DNA from: Balanoglossus misakiensis
Lineage: Eukaryota > Animalia > Hemichordata
Reading direction: 5' to 3'
DNA length: 64,000 bases
NCBI GenBank assembly: GCA_040954595.2
Contig: CM082577.2
Location: 13,151,903-13,215,902, forward strand
A program made the translations under genes and the position numbers. Of the stretch, positions 23,401-38,400 are shown piece by piece. The first letter of the stretch is position 1, and every line of letters starts with the position of its first letter. The notes beneath the pieces are model-generated. The model was not told the DNA's origin. It did no database searches and was given only the letters and a program-made list of their open reading frames with translations.

Positions 23401-26400
23401 AGAAATGATTACTAGTAAATATTACTGACTGTCATTATAAACGTGACCAGTTCAAAGCTAAATATGTTTTTTTCCAGCTATTATTTTGATTGCGCGAGTT
23501 AATCTATTTTCTGTTTTGGATATTCTTACACTAAAATTCAGCATGGAAAACCTGATTTATAAAATGGTAAATACATGGACATTGTGTTCATAATGCGAAC
23601 AAATGCCCCGAAACCTTAAAATAAAAGAAAAAGATATGGTTATGTAACGCAAAAAACGTGGCATAGGAAATGGTCAACAAAAGCAATGTAATTTTCCAAT
23701 CATACTTACCTTATCAAGTTTGTCCACATTGGCTCCATACTGCAGAAGAATTTTTGCTGCTTCGATATCGGACTTCTCTATTGCTGTGTGGAGAGGTGAC
23801 TGTCCTTCCTATACACACAATTGGTCAAGGAAAAGCACATATACGTTACCATTGTATAAATCTCGTGGAACACTCCTACACTGAAAATTTCATCATAACA
23901 CTGGAGAATTGCTGATACATGCAAATGACACTTCATGAATACATTTATAATTAAAAAACCATCAAGGTCAGTTAAGATGCAGCCTCTATGTTTTTATCCC
24001 AAATTTCAGATTTTTAAAGCACAAGAATGTTAATCTTTATATTTTTTCATTCCTGTTCTGTGCTCACTACCACAGGTGTACATGTTACATTATTTTCAGA
24101 CGTACATGCTTCATATTTTTCTGATAAACAAACACTGTATGTTTTAGGTTTCATCATAATTATAGTAAAGTGTCTTTTTAAACTTTGCTCCCAACAAAAC
24201 TTTGTTCAGTATGCAAATTAGCAATTAATGATGTTGGTTAATATGTGTGGTATTTTGGAAACAAATACAGTCAATGTCAATAACATCAACACTGTATAAA
24301 TTGTTAAATTGGGAAAATATGTATGACTTGATTGTCACTCTATCAAGCAGAGTCTATACACTTGGGCTAGATACAAAAATCGGAATAATGAATATAGCCA
24401 TATGATGCCTGGGAGTTATACATCATTTACATCACCTCTTCCATCATGGATAAAATGCCATTTGACAATTACCTCCCCAAGCTTGTTGATTTCTGTGTCA
24501 ATGCCATGCTCAATAAGACATCTAACTGCTTCTTTGCTTCTAAGGTGCAATGCAGCTTCACAAAATAGAATGTGTGAAGTTGCAGGTTGGATTGCTCCAT
24601 TTGATTCAATGGAGGGTGTCTGTTGAAGGAACAATAAAACTGAAATGTTTTACAAGTGCCAATTCAATTTGCTTCAAAGATATTTGGCTGTGAAAAACAG
24701 CTGAAAGACTTTAAGGTTGTTTCATGTTAATCTCTTCAATCTACATTACTTACTCTATGATGAACTTAGTTAACAGCTCTTACATCCATTTTAAATACTA
24801 TGAAATCAAGTTGTATCCATTTTTTAATGTTTACAATGTTATTTAATATACAAACGATTTAACATGATTTAATGGTGTAGCTGATTTTTAGAAAAGCAAA
24901 ATAGATTATGAATATGAAAGTATGTCCCGATGTGCTTCAAAAAAGGGCAAAATATTGCACAGTTTCAAAAACAGGCACCTACAAGATGTATTTTCAGAAA
25001 TTGGACAAGTATTACACTTTGGTTTGACTCAATTTGACTAAATTGCCCACTCCCAATAGGCTATTTCAGATTTCATTTCAATTTTAATTTCTTTTTTCAT
25101 GTCATGAAATCAGGGATTTGAATATGCAATCTTGCATGATAAGCTCTGCGTTTTTAACAGTGGATACAAAAAAGATATGTTGTATACACTGTAAATGAGA
25201 GTAGTATGTAGGTATCAACACAAATATAGGGATACGGCACCAAATCACCTACTAGCACAGGGAATCAGTTTTAGGAATGATGTACATCACATCAAAACAT
25301 GATCTGCAAAATGACCATGATAAACATGATGCTATGTGAAATATATTATTCCAATAATAAATATGGTATATATCATTTACTGAAACAAGCACTGTCATTT
25401 CACAAACACAATGCAAACCTATACATTTAGCTTGAGCCATTGACATCAAGAAACATGTATGGTTAGATAGAAATATTTACTATTTAGTATGTATTGAAAA
25501 TGAATGTTATAAGTACCCTTCTTGGAACAAAACTGCCTCCAGCATCACGAAGAAGTTGTGCATTTCCTTTGCATCCGTTTAGAACTGCGTAATAAAATGC
25601 TGTGTGGCACTCCTGGGAATAACAAAAAATCAATTAGTATTAAACAAATTGCTGTGGTTTATTGTATTAAACACTTAAAGGGCAAACATTTTTTTAACCG
25701 GTCCTAAGTTCAAACTCCATAATTAAACATTCACAATTAAAAAAAATGCCACTATTTGAAAAAACAACAACATGATGGTCACACAAACGATGCAGCTTGC
25801 CCAATCCCCAACAAAATAACAAGCAATTCCAGGGAAGATTTTGGCATTAACAAGTAAGCTTTTAAGCTCATTTCCATACTGTATATATCCATGATGTATC
25901 TACGCACGAATTTTCGGACAAAAGAGTTTACATTGCCATTATTACTGGTACATTTGTGAAAACGAGTAATGGTTACATCAACTGTGGTCTTGCACAATTC
26001 AGTCAAACTTTTGAGAACACATCCTTCTCAATTAATATTAAAACACTGTTAAATCTGTTAGACTCCAATTGAAATCACTTTCTACATACGTGTCAGTAAC
26101 AGTCATATCATGTATGTCATGTGGCATTATTTAAACTCATGACACTGACAAAAAATAACCACTATAATCTTATTTACACAAAATGGTAAACATATTCTGA
26201 ACTTATGCAGATTAATAAATGAATGGATATCAATAGCCTAACAAAGAAACCCAAACAACATCAATGCAAAATGTAACAACATATACCACAGCCTAATTCT
26301 AAATTCACATGTTAGTATTGTCTGCCTGGTAAAACTAATTTTTCTCATCAAATAACAGTAAAACTTGCCTCCTTTTGTACGTATGTTATAAAACAATCAA

Positions 26401-29400
26401 ACATAATTTTAGCTATATGTTAATAAACAATATTCCCTTGTACAAAATTATGTATAATACACATTTAAATAGGAAAAATTACTCTTAGAATCATTTACTC
26501 ACTCCATCTTCTTGGTGAACATCAGCGTTTAGTTTCAAACATAGGCGCACCGCATCTGGGTTTTCCTTCTTTGAAAACACATGCAAAACTGTTGAGTCCT
26601 TGGGGTATTCCTGGAACAAACCCAGAAAATTACTAACTGTAATATTCACTGGATTTCTAAGGCAGACGACAGATTGAGGGAAAGAAAAATATAAAAAGAA
26701 GGCATGATCCCACGGCCGGCTGGTAAGATTCCAAAAGGCAACTTGGTGGCTGATACGGCTTCACTGTGGATACGGCTTCACTGTGATAGTTGACAGTATA
26801 CATGAGAGCCTATCTGCCCAATTCAAAACATTCGAACATGAAATGAACAATTGTAAAAAAAAAATATTGTAATTACGATTTTTTATTCTTGTAATTACGA
26901 GATTAAAAAGTCGTAATTACGAGATTTTTATTTTTATTTTTATATTTTAAACTTGTAATTACGTGTTTTTAATCTCGTAATTACGAGTTTGAAATCTGTC
27001 CTATCACAATTGAAAATCTCTGAAATGATTTGTTGCAACTAAAGAAAAATAATGAATATGAATGTAACAGTAATAGTAATTATTTCGAGTGAACCATCCT
27101 GGCATTTGTACCACAAAAACTCCTGGAAAATTGCTGGAAATCTCCTGGAATTTGGAACTGCTCTAGGTGTATGAACCCTGTAACTAGGCATATGCAGCGT
27201 ACAGTTCTGAAAGACAGGGTGAGACACACCGCGTATTGTGATCTATCATGTTTATTTCCATACAAGTGACGACTGGGGCGAAAATACTAGTGGATGTAAA
27301 CGCCCAGTGTTTTTTGACAGAAGTGTATCAAGAGAAGTGTTGCCCACTGGTGATTGATTTATCCTACCAAATGATTATGAACAGTGCTGTGCATTTGTCC
27401 ATGCATGCATTCCTATATTATCATGTTGTTTGCGCATTGATGGTTGAATAAAAAAAAGCAAATAAAAAAGGAAAACAAAAACAAATAACGCGCGACCGCT
27501 ACATTTTTGCAAGATGCCTTTAAAAAATAAAAATCTCATAATTACAAGTTTTTAATCTTGTGAGTACGAGATTTTTTTTTTTTTTTTTTACAAATTGGCC
27601 TCAATAAGCTTCCATATATACCATACACCTGTCTCATGGGTCTCTTGCCCGTTATGAGAGGGTATTGCCCTCGTCGTTCACTGGCTATTGCATTCACCAT
27701 GGCATCAGTCAGCACTCGCATCTATGGCTTAAAAGCGACACACTGACTGATATTAGGGACTGGTCAGTTTCTTCAGCAGCAGTAGATTCTATTTTGTGGG
27801 TATCAAAAAGTGGATGACCCCCTCATTGAACATTGAAAAGTGGGTGAACCAGCATGCCAACTTTCAAAACTTTACTGAATGAATAACAGTGACAATTTGC
27901 ATATATGCATAAATTTAAATAACTAAAATAATACATAAATAAACTAAAAATACAAGTCATCATGATAGTTGGCAGACATTTAGTAAATTAAGAGAAGTGA
28001 AGCGGGTGGGTGTGGAAATTAGACAATTTTGTAATATAGAGAGCTCGAAACTGCATTTTTATGGACTCAAATGCAAATTTAGTCCCTCATTCAGCATTTC
28101 CAAAACAAGGTGACCACCATCAACTAATTCCATAACAGATTGACCACCCCCCCCCCCTCCCCATATAATCCATCCCCCATCCCCCGGCTGATGAAACTGA
28201 CCAGTCCCTTAACACCTATTCAGTTGCACGAAATTGTTCTGCAAATGGACAGTATATAGTAAGCACCATCCATTGTACATCTTTTCAGTCAGACAATATT
28301 TTACTACAAAAGGACAGTACAGTTGCAACAAGCGCAGTATAAATTCTCCACAATTTTATCTGAGTTCGAAGTAGGCCTATAGCTAAAATTATTGTAAGGT
28401 CATCTTCACAATAGATACGTTCTATGCTGAGTGCATATTCATTGTTCGGTGTTATAAAAATTGATAACACACAGTGCTCTGGCAACAAAGTTTACTTTAA
28501 AAAGGTATAACTGTCATGCTAAATAAATAATGGGGTTTTAATTTCAATGTCTGAACTGTATAATTTTCGCAGAGGAGAATCTAAGTTTTTTTAAGTTAAT
28601 TTATGCCCAAACACCAATTAGCATAAATTTGAGATTGAATGCTCAGAATAACTAACCGAAAAAAATCGGCAGATGCACACTCCGTCTAAAATACAGAGAA
28701 ACATGACATTGCTGACATTTGCACCTAGAGGAGGATATTTTAAAGAAAATTTGGCATTTTAAATGAATACCATCCAACCTCATACTACCTTAAATAAAAC
28801 ATGTGCACCGCGTTAACCCTATCAGTGGAGTTGAAAAAATAACAACGATATCCAAGTTTGTGCTATACATTTTTTTTACAAGAGAGGATGTTGACATGAC
28901 GGGAAAGCTCCATTAAAACTTAAGACCTCACTTCCTCACTAAGTTATCAAGGGATTAATCATATTCCAACATTTGAAGGGATTAAAAAGAAAATGGAAAG
29001 TAAGCCTCGCACATGCACCAAACACCAAGCACAAGGAAGTGAGAAATAACAAAATAATAACAAAACTAAACATACCACAGGTAATCTTGCATATTAAGTG
29101 ACCAAAATTGACAATAGCCAACTCAGGTACCAAGTGAAGTAGTTTTAATGGAGGCTTCCCGTAATGTATAAAATATTTAAGCAATAAAACACCCCCAGCC
29201 ATGGTATATCACGAGATTTTGACCAGTTCACGACATATACGCACGAGCGATAGCGAGTGCGTATATGGAGTTGAACCGGTCAAAATCGAGTGGTATACCA
29301 TGGCTGGGGGTGTTTTATTGCTATTATATTATGCCAGTATATTGAAACTTTGCATAAAACATTTTAAAAAGGCATTTTCTTTAACTATGATATATGACTG

Positions 29401-32400
29401 TGGTATATGGCTAATATATCACGGTCACGTGTCGTGTCTCGACCAATCAAATAGCGTGATTTACACCATCAATATACTGGTATAATATAATATAACTTAC
29501 ATCTTTGTGGATTTTGGCATTTATTAGGTTGTCATCTGCTGCAGCCAGAGTCTCGGCAACATTGCTTTGTTCATTTGAAATAGCCCAGTGCATTGACGTT
29601 TCCTGTGAAATCATATATAAAACATAGCATCAAGGACACTGCGGTCCCATTTGGTGATTACATAGAAAAAGTCATACACATGAATAAAATTAACAGGTGA
29701 CATTGACAAGCAGATATGACTTTGCCATATATAAATATGGAAATGTGGAAAGAAATTAAGAAGGAACATATCCAATCAAGTGTCATGTGTCATCTTAGAA
29801 GCAGTGCTAGAGAAATTGATTTTTGACCAAAAATTGCCTGTACAAACACATATGACAACTTCTTTTAGTCAGCCCCTGGGACAGACGGGGACACTCGCTG
29901 ACCTGGCACCGGCACTTAATAATAGAATAGCTGGTGTCTCTGTAACAATTGGCCTATTAAACCTATGTAAACATGAAGTGTACAGTTACAGTAGGGGGGG
30001 GGGGGTGTTAAACTCATTGTAAAGAATAACGTTCAAACCAACTGGCAATTGGCTTAGGAGATTTGTTGACAGAACTGATTTATTAAATTGCAAAAAACAA
30101 CAACCCAAAACACTGTATCATGAATTTCAAAGCAATCAGAGAAAAATGGTTTAATATCAAAACAGGAAAGATTGCTTCAAGAACACAAATTTCACCAGTT
30201 TATATTACCTTAATTAAGTTACCCGTAGGAATATTCCTACCAAATTCCTACACAATCAGACAAGCAGTTCCAGAGTGGCCAAAACAAAAATATGCAAATG
30301 TGTACAATAACTTACAATCACCACCAGGAACATGCCTACCAAAGTTCAAAGCAATCTGACAAATGGTTTCAAAGGAAATAATTTTTGATGTAAATTTCAC
30401 CAATTTTTTTACAACATTTTGCTTGGGTCACATCAGGGAACACTCCTATTACATTTCGAAGCAATCTGACAAGCACTTTTAGAGAAAACAATTTTTCAAC
30501 AAAAATGGCAAAAACTGCTCCAAAATTATAATTATGCAAATTTTGCATCACTTTGAACAGAATTACAGTAACTTAGATTACCTATTAGAAGCTTTATACT
30601 AAATTTCAAAGAAATAGGCCGATCACTTTTAGAGAAGAAGATTTTATACGATAATGTAGAAAATGACAAAAACATTTAACAAAATATAAAATTCGTGATA
30701 TTAGCTTAAACATACAAGGTTGACAAACGGTACACACTTACCAATTATCAAAGCAATTTGTCTAGTAGTTGTTGAGTTTCTGAGTTTTGACTAAATTTCC
30801 ATTGTTCCAGCTAATTTGCATATTTTTGGCAATGACAACTTTATTTGAACACAATAATATCTACAAACCGGCATGCATGTGCACACTAAATATCAAGCTG
30901 ATACGTCCACTGGTTTCCAAGTTTATGATCATCCCATCCATCCATCCATCAAATCCCATCCCATCCAATCCATTCATTCATCCATACAGTGTTCTCTATC
31001 TGTATTACTCATTTTTAAATTTTTTAATGATGGTAAGAGTAGAGTAATAGTCATTTAACACAGAATTTTAACGATCTTTACCTTCTGGTCTTTCATAAGG
31101 ACTGAGGCTCTACTCCTCAGAAGACACTTAGCAACGTCTTCATTGCTTTTCTCGGCTGCATAATACAGGGCGGTGTATCCATCCTGAATTGAAACGGATG
31201 TTTTGCGGCACATTTATTCCACTCTATGAAATGGACTGTTATTGTAGCCAAATCTCCTTTCTCAACTACCTATTAATTTACTATATCACTTAAAACAGTT
31301 AAACTTAAATAGTTGATGCACCATTCCGAAAGAGAATTATCGCAGACAACAGGTAGAATGAGTTACAAATGACCTATAAGTGCATTACAGAGTCAGTATG
31401 TCCATTATCGTTAAGATGGGGTTTGAATGATGCATTGCCTTTTTACAATTCGACCAGTTCATGTTACAATTTGCAAATAGTAACTCCGAAGGACGTTAAA
31501 TACAATCTTATTGGAGTCCTATACTGGAAAAAGCATTAGTTAATGCAGCTTCCGTAACAGTATGAAAAACGAAGCCTTTTACCTTTGAATATTCTGAAAC
31601 ATCTGCTCCATTTGTCAACAGAAACTCCACGGCCTGTAAATTCCCAGACTCTGAGAACGTGTGTAATAATGTCCGACCATCCTTTTAAGGGTAAATAAAT
31701 TATGTAGTTTACATAACTCAAATTTAAAAGCATAATATCTTGTTCATCGTGTACAAGTTGTGTCAAATGTCATTATGTTTTATTTTATTTAAGGTAGGAA
31801 AAGTGTAAATGTATCTGAATGCAGATTAATTGTCAAAATGAATGAGGAAAAGCATACGCGCTTACCACCATAACTGCATTTACATCAACTGCTTTTGCCA
31901 AGGAAGTAGCTGCCTTGTTGTACTTCTGCCATCCTTGATCAAGTATCCAAGATAACTGGGATGTTGGCATTCCATCTCCCTTCAATATCAATCGACAATA
32001 TTAAGTTTTGTATAAAACAGTGGTTACTTTAGGAAGAATGCCATCCATGCACAAGTGACTGATAAGCAGCTGTCTTTTATACTTGTACGCTTGTCTTAAT
32101 TCAAGAGTAGTGGTAAAAATGAATTCCAAAATACTATGGTCTTGATTGCGAAGTGCCATATTTTCCGTCTTGATACAAAACAGCCCACATTTCTAAATTT
32201 TAATAGCTTGCTAAAATTGTATACCACACAAAGCACCTCGTTTGGCTTGGAAGTTGTGTTCTAACTACATTGAATACAACACTCTAGAGGAGGAGAATAA
32301 GATGAAGAACATAGAACAGACATTGAACAAGAATTAATTTACATGCAAATGGTTGATGTTGTCCAATGCGGTCTTATAATAATGACTACAGTGCAGCTTA

Positions 32401-35400
32401 TGTATGAAGGAATAGTATAATCAATAAATATTTACCACAGAAGGGTTTATTTTGCACTTCTTTCCCAACAGTACTTCTATGATTTGGTCATTTTTATTCC
32501 AGAGTGCCACATGCAGAGGAGTTTTCTTGTCCTGCAAAGCAAACCAAAATAATTGCATTAAAACAGTCATGTTCAACATGCACCTGCACACTATGTAGTT
32601 CATGGTTACTAGTGCATGTAGATAGATATACTGCTGTGAATCGCCGTATGCTGGTTGTACATTGCTAGATAACTGAGGACAGCTTTTCGGACATGAGTGC
32701 TATTTAGAGTCCATGTAAAGGTTGATATTTTATCCAAAAACGTTTGGGCCAATAATGTTGGTCAGATTTTCTGCTTCTCGGCTAAAAATAGAAATTGCAG
32801 TGTGCACAACATTAGTGTGGATAGCATGTACGGTCATGAAGATATTGTCACTGTCAAGCTGATCGATACATTAATTTCCGCAAACTTGAAATAGCAGGTG
32901 TGATTGGTCAATTATGCTCTGCATTCTTGGACCGGGTATCCAAATAATTTACGTGTGCCTGCATCTCTGAAGTAAGCTTTTTAACAATGTCATTCGGATG
33001 CCACCTATATAAATGGGAGGGTCTTCAAAATTATTATGAGTAGGAAGAGGTTTATTTTATTTGTGTACGATGCCTGGAGGATATAAAAATGAATTACCAT
33101 TACTCATTCAAACGTGTATGAAGATGCCGCCTCATTTGGACTTAATTATGTAAATGACTTACCTTATTCATAGTATCTGTGTTAATCCTTTTTTGCAGCA
33201 ACCACTTAATGACTTCCAGTTTCTCATATTGGACTGCGACGTGCAAGAAAGTATTCGCCTTCTACCGGAAAGACAATGTGTAAAGAACTTCATAAACCAT
33301 GATCACCACCTGTCATATGTACATCTTGTCAAGTGCATCTTGGGTGTACTATATGTTTTCTTTCATTGGACTAACATATCTACTTAATGATATAAACAAT
33401 TTTTCAGGAAAAAATTTTGCTGGACAAATTACCAACCACACCAGTTACTGCTTTTTCAAAATGTGTACCATAAAGGCAAAATCACTTATATGCATACAGT
33501 TTATCACCAGTAAAAGTAAAATAAGTTGTCGCTTTTCAAAAAAATATCACAGATAACTTTTTCTTCATCTCTAGTCACTTCCAAAGTGACTTGTTGTACA
33601 AAAGTCTATCGATTTTCTTGGACTTGCTGGAAATATATTGATCTATCCTTTGTCCTTATACCTGGCACATTTCTTATTGGTCAAATTTGTTGATCTCGGT
33701 TAATAATATTATTTCATTCACAAGACCATTTCTCCCTTAAAAATGCCAGGCATGGGATCCCAACAAATATGATGACAGAGCCTCAAGGTGTAATCTGCGG
33801 TCAGGACGGTCTCTTAACGGGAATTCTGAAAAACCTGCCATAATTATCAACATGACCACGTCCTTCACGTGAACAAACCAACAGCAACGACTTAGATTTT
33901 GACTAAATCGGGACACATAAAAACATGTCAAAATTCACAGGCAAGCTCGACAAAATGTCGCGAGCTTTCATCGTCCAAATTACATGGACAGAGACATATT
34001 TTGTGTACAAGCCCTCGATCTCGACCCCTTTCTGTAGGTACCACTGCGCTCTAAAAAATTAAAGCCCCTATAGCTACCAAATTTCACATATATTTTCCAC
34101 AATAAAATATTCCCTATCCTCTAAAATCCTCACCTTTAAGCCATATTACTTGCATTAACATCAGTTTGCCATCGCTTGATGATGCATACCACGATAGCTG
34201 CTACTGTTTGTATGAAGGCTGATTAAATCGGTGTGGCACCGTTTTAATACATAGCGTGTTCAAATTGCAACATACAGTTACCATCGGGCATCGATAAGAT
34301 ATTCATATATACCTATCACTAAGGTTATTTAGATGGACCATTTAGTATGGAAAAATAAAATCATGAAAATAAAGCAAAACAGGGACAGCTCTAGAGGCTT
34401 TAAACAGGTCAACGTTTAGGTGTTTTTTTAAAGTTACAGAAAAAAATTCTGTTCATTTCCTGCACACTATTTTTTCTCTGAAAAATAATTTAGTTTTCTC
34501 TAAGCTATTTAGTATCTCGAGATGTATCATTTCACTTAATGTAATCTTTTTTTTCTCAAGAACTCCAGATAATTCACTTACTGTCATCCATACTGTTTAA
34601 ATTACACCAAGAAGAAAACAAAAACATACCTTGAGTTTTTAGAGTTTTGTTGACTTTTTGAACAGTTTAGACTGATACTTGATACGAGAAAACTTTATTC
34701 AAACTATTTAAAGTAACATTACCTCATCACTCATATTAATGTCTGCTCCGCCATCTAATAACATTTGTATCACATTGGTACCGGTGTCATTCTGAATGGC
34801 ATCTTTGAAGCAGCGGAAAATATCCTGCAAAATACACAATTACATGTAAGAATGTGTTGGTCTGCACAAATGCTTTTTTATCATTAAGAATATACTTGAA
34901 GAATTCAAAATGTACCTAAAATTGATAGTTGAATACATACCCTGTAGACATTTTTTTTCTAAGATGAACAGTTTTTGAGATTTATATAAATGGTAAACAT
35001 TTTGAATATTTGCATAATGAAGGCGATTGATGAAATAATCAACCATTATGGGCAATGGCATAATTTAAAATTGTTGGTGTGAATGATATACACAAAGTGT
35101 TCAAAGATACTTCAGGGCGAGAGGCGGATCTGGATACAGTGTAAGCTTATAACCTGGTAGCACAATAGTTTTGCACACCATCATTGTGACAATAGCTAAT
35201 TGTAAACTCATCATTAAGAGTATAATTTTATACACTCACAGTAGTTGCCTTAAGATGGAAAAACATGCATATGTGAACCCGATTACTATTGCATAACTAC
35301 TTAAATTTGAAACTAATAAATTGTTTATAACATACTACCAGTACTTAAATTAATATTAAATACTTCAGTATATTACATACTACAATACCTGATCAAGACA

Positions 35401-38400
35401 TTTCATTTCTTTACTAGCTTGAATGAGGATTGATACAAAAGCTTGGTCTTTATATTCTGATGCCGCAATATACAATGCTCCATGCCCATCTTTTATTTGG
35501 CCTTTCTGAAAATCAAAAGACATTATAATGATACTTAGTTGTACCTTGTTAATAGTAAATAAGAATGAAAGAAATCCAGGACTACTTTGTTACACAAAAC
35601 ATCTATTATTATCATTTGCGGTGACCCATGGTCACTACTGCACTATCACCATGTACCCGCTTTCCTTTTCACTTTAAATAAAGCTTAATGTTAACACAGG
35701 TGTATTCTCTTTGAGAACAACAATCTTTTTATATAGTCTTTTGAACAGAATATCCAATGGATTTGTGATAGGATAACTCGGCATGTGCGGTACATCACAA
35801 ATATCTGGCTGTAGGATTGATGTATGCCATGTGATGTAGAAATAAATTAGTATAGACAATTCCTTACTAATGTTAATTGCTATATTTTCGCAGGAATATA
35901 CTCTCTTTCATGTTAATGGACATTTTTGAAGAATCGTAGTGTCATTTTGGGGTCGCCATGTACAATATTTTCCATATTTTAGAATATTGCATGTCATTTT
36001 TATGTTTTAATATATGTCGTATATCAGTGACTTTTAAATAAAAAATAATAAGAAACTGGGTGTTCCAATCCCAGATTATTTGCTCTTAACGAGATTGTCT
36101 AAAACCTTCTGGACAATGCTGAGTCGGTAATTTTCATTCATTCCTGATACTATATTTTCGTATGGTTAATACCTGGACAGCTATCACAAAATGAAGCATG
36201 ATGACGTACTGAACGATTGCACGACACGAGTACATTGTCCGGCTAACAACAAGTCGCAACGTCTGTGATCTTGGTATGCCAAACAACCAATCACAAGCGT
36301 CACAAAATAACGTGGCGACAAATATTTTTCCATTGGATAGTTGCAAGCCAGCGCATTTGTCACATGCATGGTCAGTAAGGTGCCACGTTTCCATCATTCT
36401 GAGCTCAATCTTTGACGGGCAAACACCATTGCCATAGTAGTGAAACGATAGCTATTCATTACCCAAATCAATGTCCGACAACCAAGGGAAATTGAAGGCG
36501 ATGACAGTGGCGATATTAAGTTGATTTTCCGATATTTTAATAGCTCAATGAAGACAATGTACATATGACACATATCATCTTCTGTAAGTAGCAGCTTTCT
36601 GCCACCAACCAACATGGCTTTTGACATCACTTCTGATGTCCATTTTTGCGTTGAAAGTACTGGTAGGTATGATCGACCAATCCGTTCAAATATTCATTCT
36701 GACAGTGTGAGAGTGTCAAAAACTACTTTGCATGGAAAAACACATAGGCATGAGAAGACATTTCTGTCCTCACAAAATATAAAAGGAACTAGCTTGCCCT
36801 GGATCAATCTTTGACATATCAGTATTCAACCTTAATTAAATGGCATGACCAAAAACGAATTGAATTATTGAAGAAATGAAGAACCAAGACGGAAGTGATT
36901 ATCCAGGCCACATTATGTACGAATGAGTCATGAGCATATCAAATAACCTGTCCGTCATTGGCAAAACCAAATCCTTTTTGATCGACTCACCCATCATTCA
37001 ACCAGTTGCAAACCAATTTAGATGGCATTATGAAAGTCAGAAGTGCAAATGGTAATTGGTAATGTAAAGAGACGGGCGCAAGTTTTATATTAAAATGAAG
37101 ATGAATAATGATATATCACACTAAATACATGTATTGTGAAAACTTTGGTAAATACTATCTTGAATACAGAGAGGGCGTGTCGAAACAAACAGTGTGGGCT
37201 TGTATTCCAGGAATGTACAACAGAAACTAACAACATCATGCGATAATAAAGATGACAAAAACGGATGTATTTTATGTTTGATCTATACAACAAACTCTGG
37301 TGAGTATTAATTTAGTTTAATTTAATTTAATTATTAAGAACTCAAACATTTTGCTTTTCCTCGACAATGCCTTCTGACTGAAAACTAAATACCTGAAAAC
37401 GCGTTTAAAGTGTAATACATAGACAGTCTATTTCGATTACATTCCCCCAGGTCGTCAATTACACGGTCGTAAACTATCTCCAAGTTGCGTGAAAAGTGAC
37501 ACCTAGCTGTTGGTATTCATAGATTTCAGTTACCGTAGAAGCAATAATCTACTTAAGAGGGTTCTAGACTATATGAAAAAGTGGGTAGGGAAGGTCACTT
37601 CTCCACTCACAGCGTGCTGCTGCTGCTCCCATTCATCAATTGTGGCCTAATCAAAGTTTGGGTCGTGTTATTGTTTTACTGCCTTCACATTTACATTTTT
37701 CCATCTCACCGTAGACAATTCAGCATAGCAGGTGATATTTTTTTTCGGACAACAGCGGAAGCTATGAAAAAAGTTGCCTCGAAGTAAAAAAGTGTTGCAT
37801 CTGAACCACATGTGTCGCAGGAGAAAATAAAGTGACATATCATGACACTTAATGAGGATCCATGTTTTTCAAATTCAATATTCACGCCACCATGACGTTG
37901 TGTCAATATAAAGCAACATAGCTATCAAATAATTTTGAATGATGCTGCCCTATCTCTTGGACGTTATTTGAGACTGGTTTACTGATGGATGCACAAATAA
38001 GAATAGCTGGGCTGACTTAATGAGAAACATACTTACCACGCCAGGCATTTGTAAAGTGCCATTCTTCTGTAGAATTGCCTTAACGCAGTCCACATTCTTC
38101 GATTTCATTGCATAGTATAGCGGTGTGTTGGTGGCCTACATAATACATAACATGATAAATACTTCAACGTAATATATATTACGGTATCTACCATTATAGT
38201 GTGAGTATTTGGATAGAAAACTGAAGCATGTCATTATCTTCAATTCCATGGCACTACTATAGCAAGCTAGTACTTTAAACAGGATTTTTTTGCATAGCAA
38301 TCAAAATATATTATATTACATTGTGTTTCATAATGCAAATTGAACATACCATTTCTAACGGACACATATTTCCATTGAGCATAGTAGAAGGTAAATCCAA

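Larger units (their letters stand above)
20670..24539. repeat. Recent tandem triplication, ~1.29-kb unit containing two ankyrin exons and a truncated exon
   Basis: Units start at 20670, 21960 and 23253; introns and exons are nearly identical between copies. Confidence 0.95.

Noticed and set aside
26868-26990. CRISPR-like short palindromic repeats
   Set aside because: Eukaryotic intron, irregular low-complexity spacers and no cas genes; better explained as MITE subterminal repeats.
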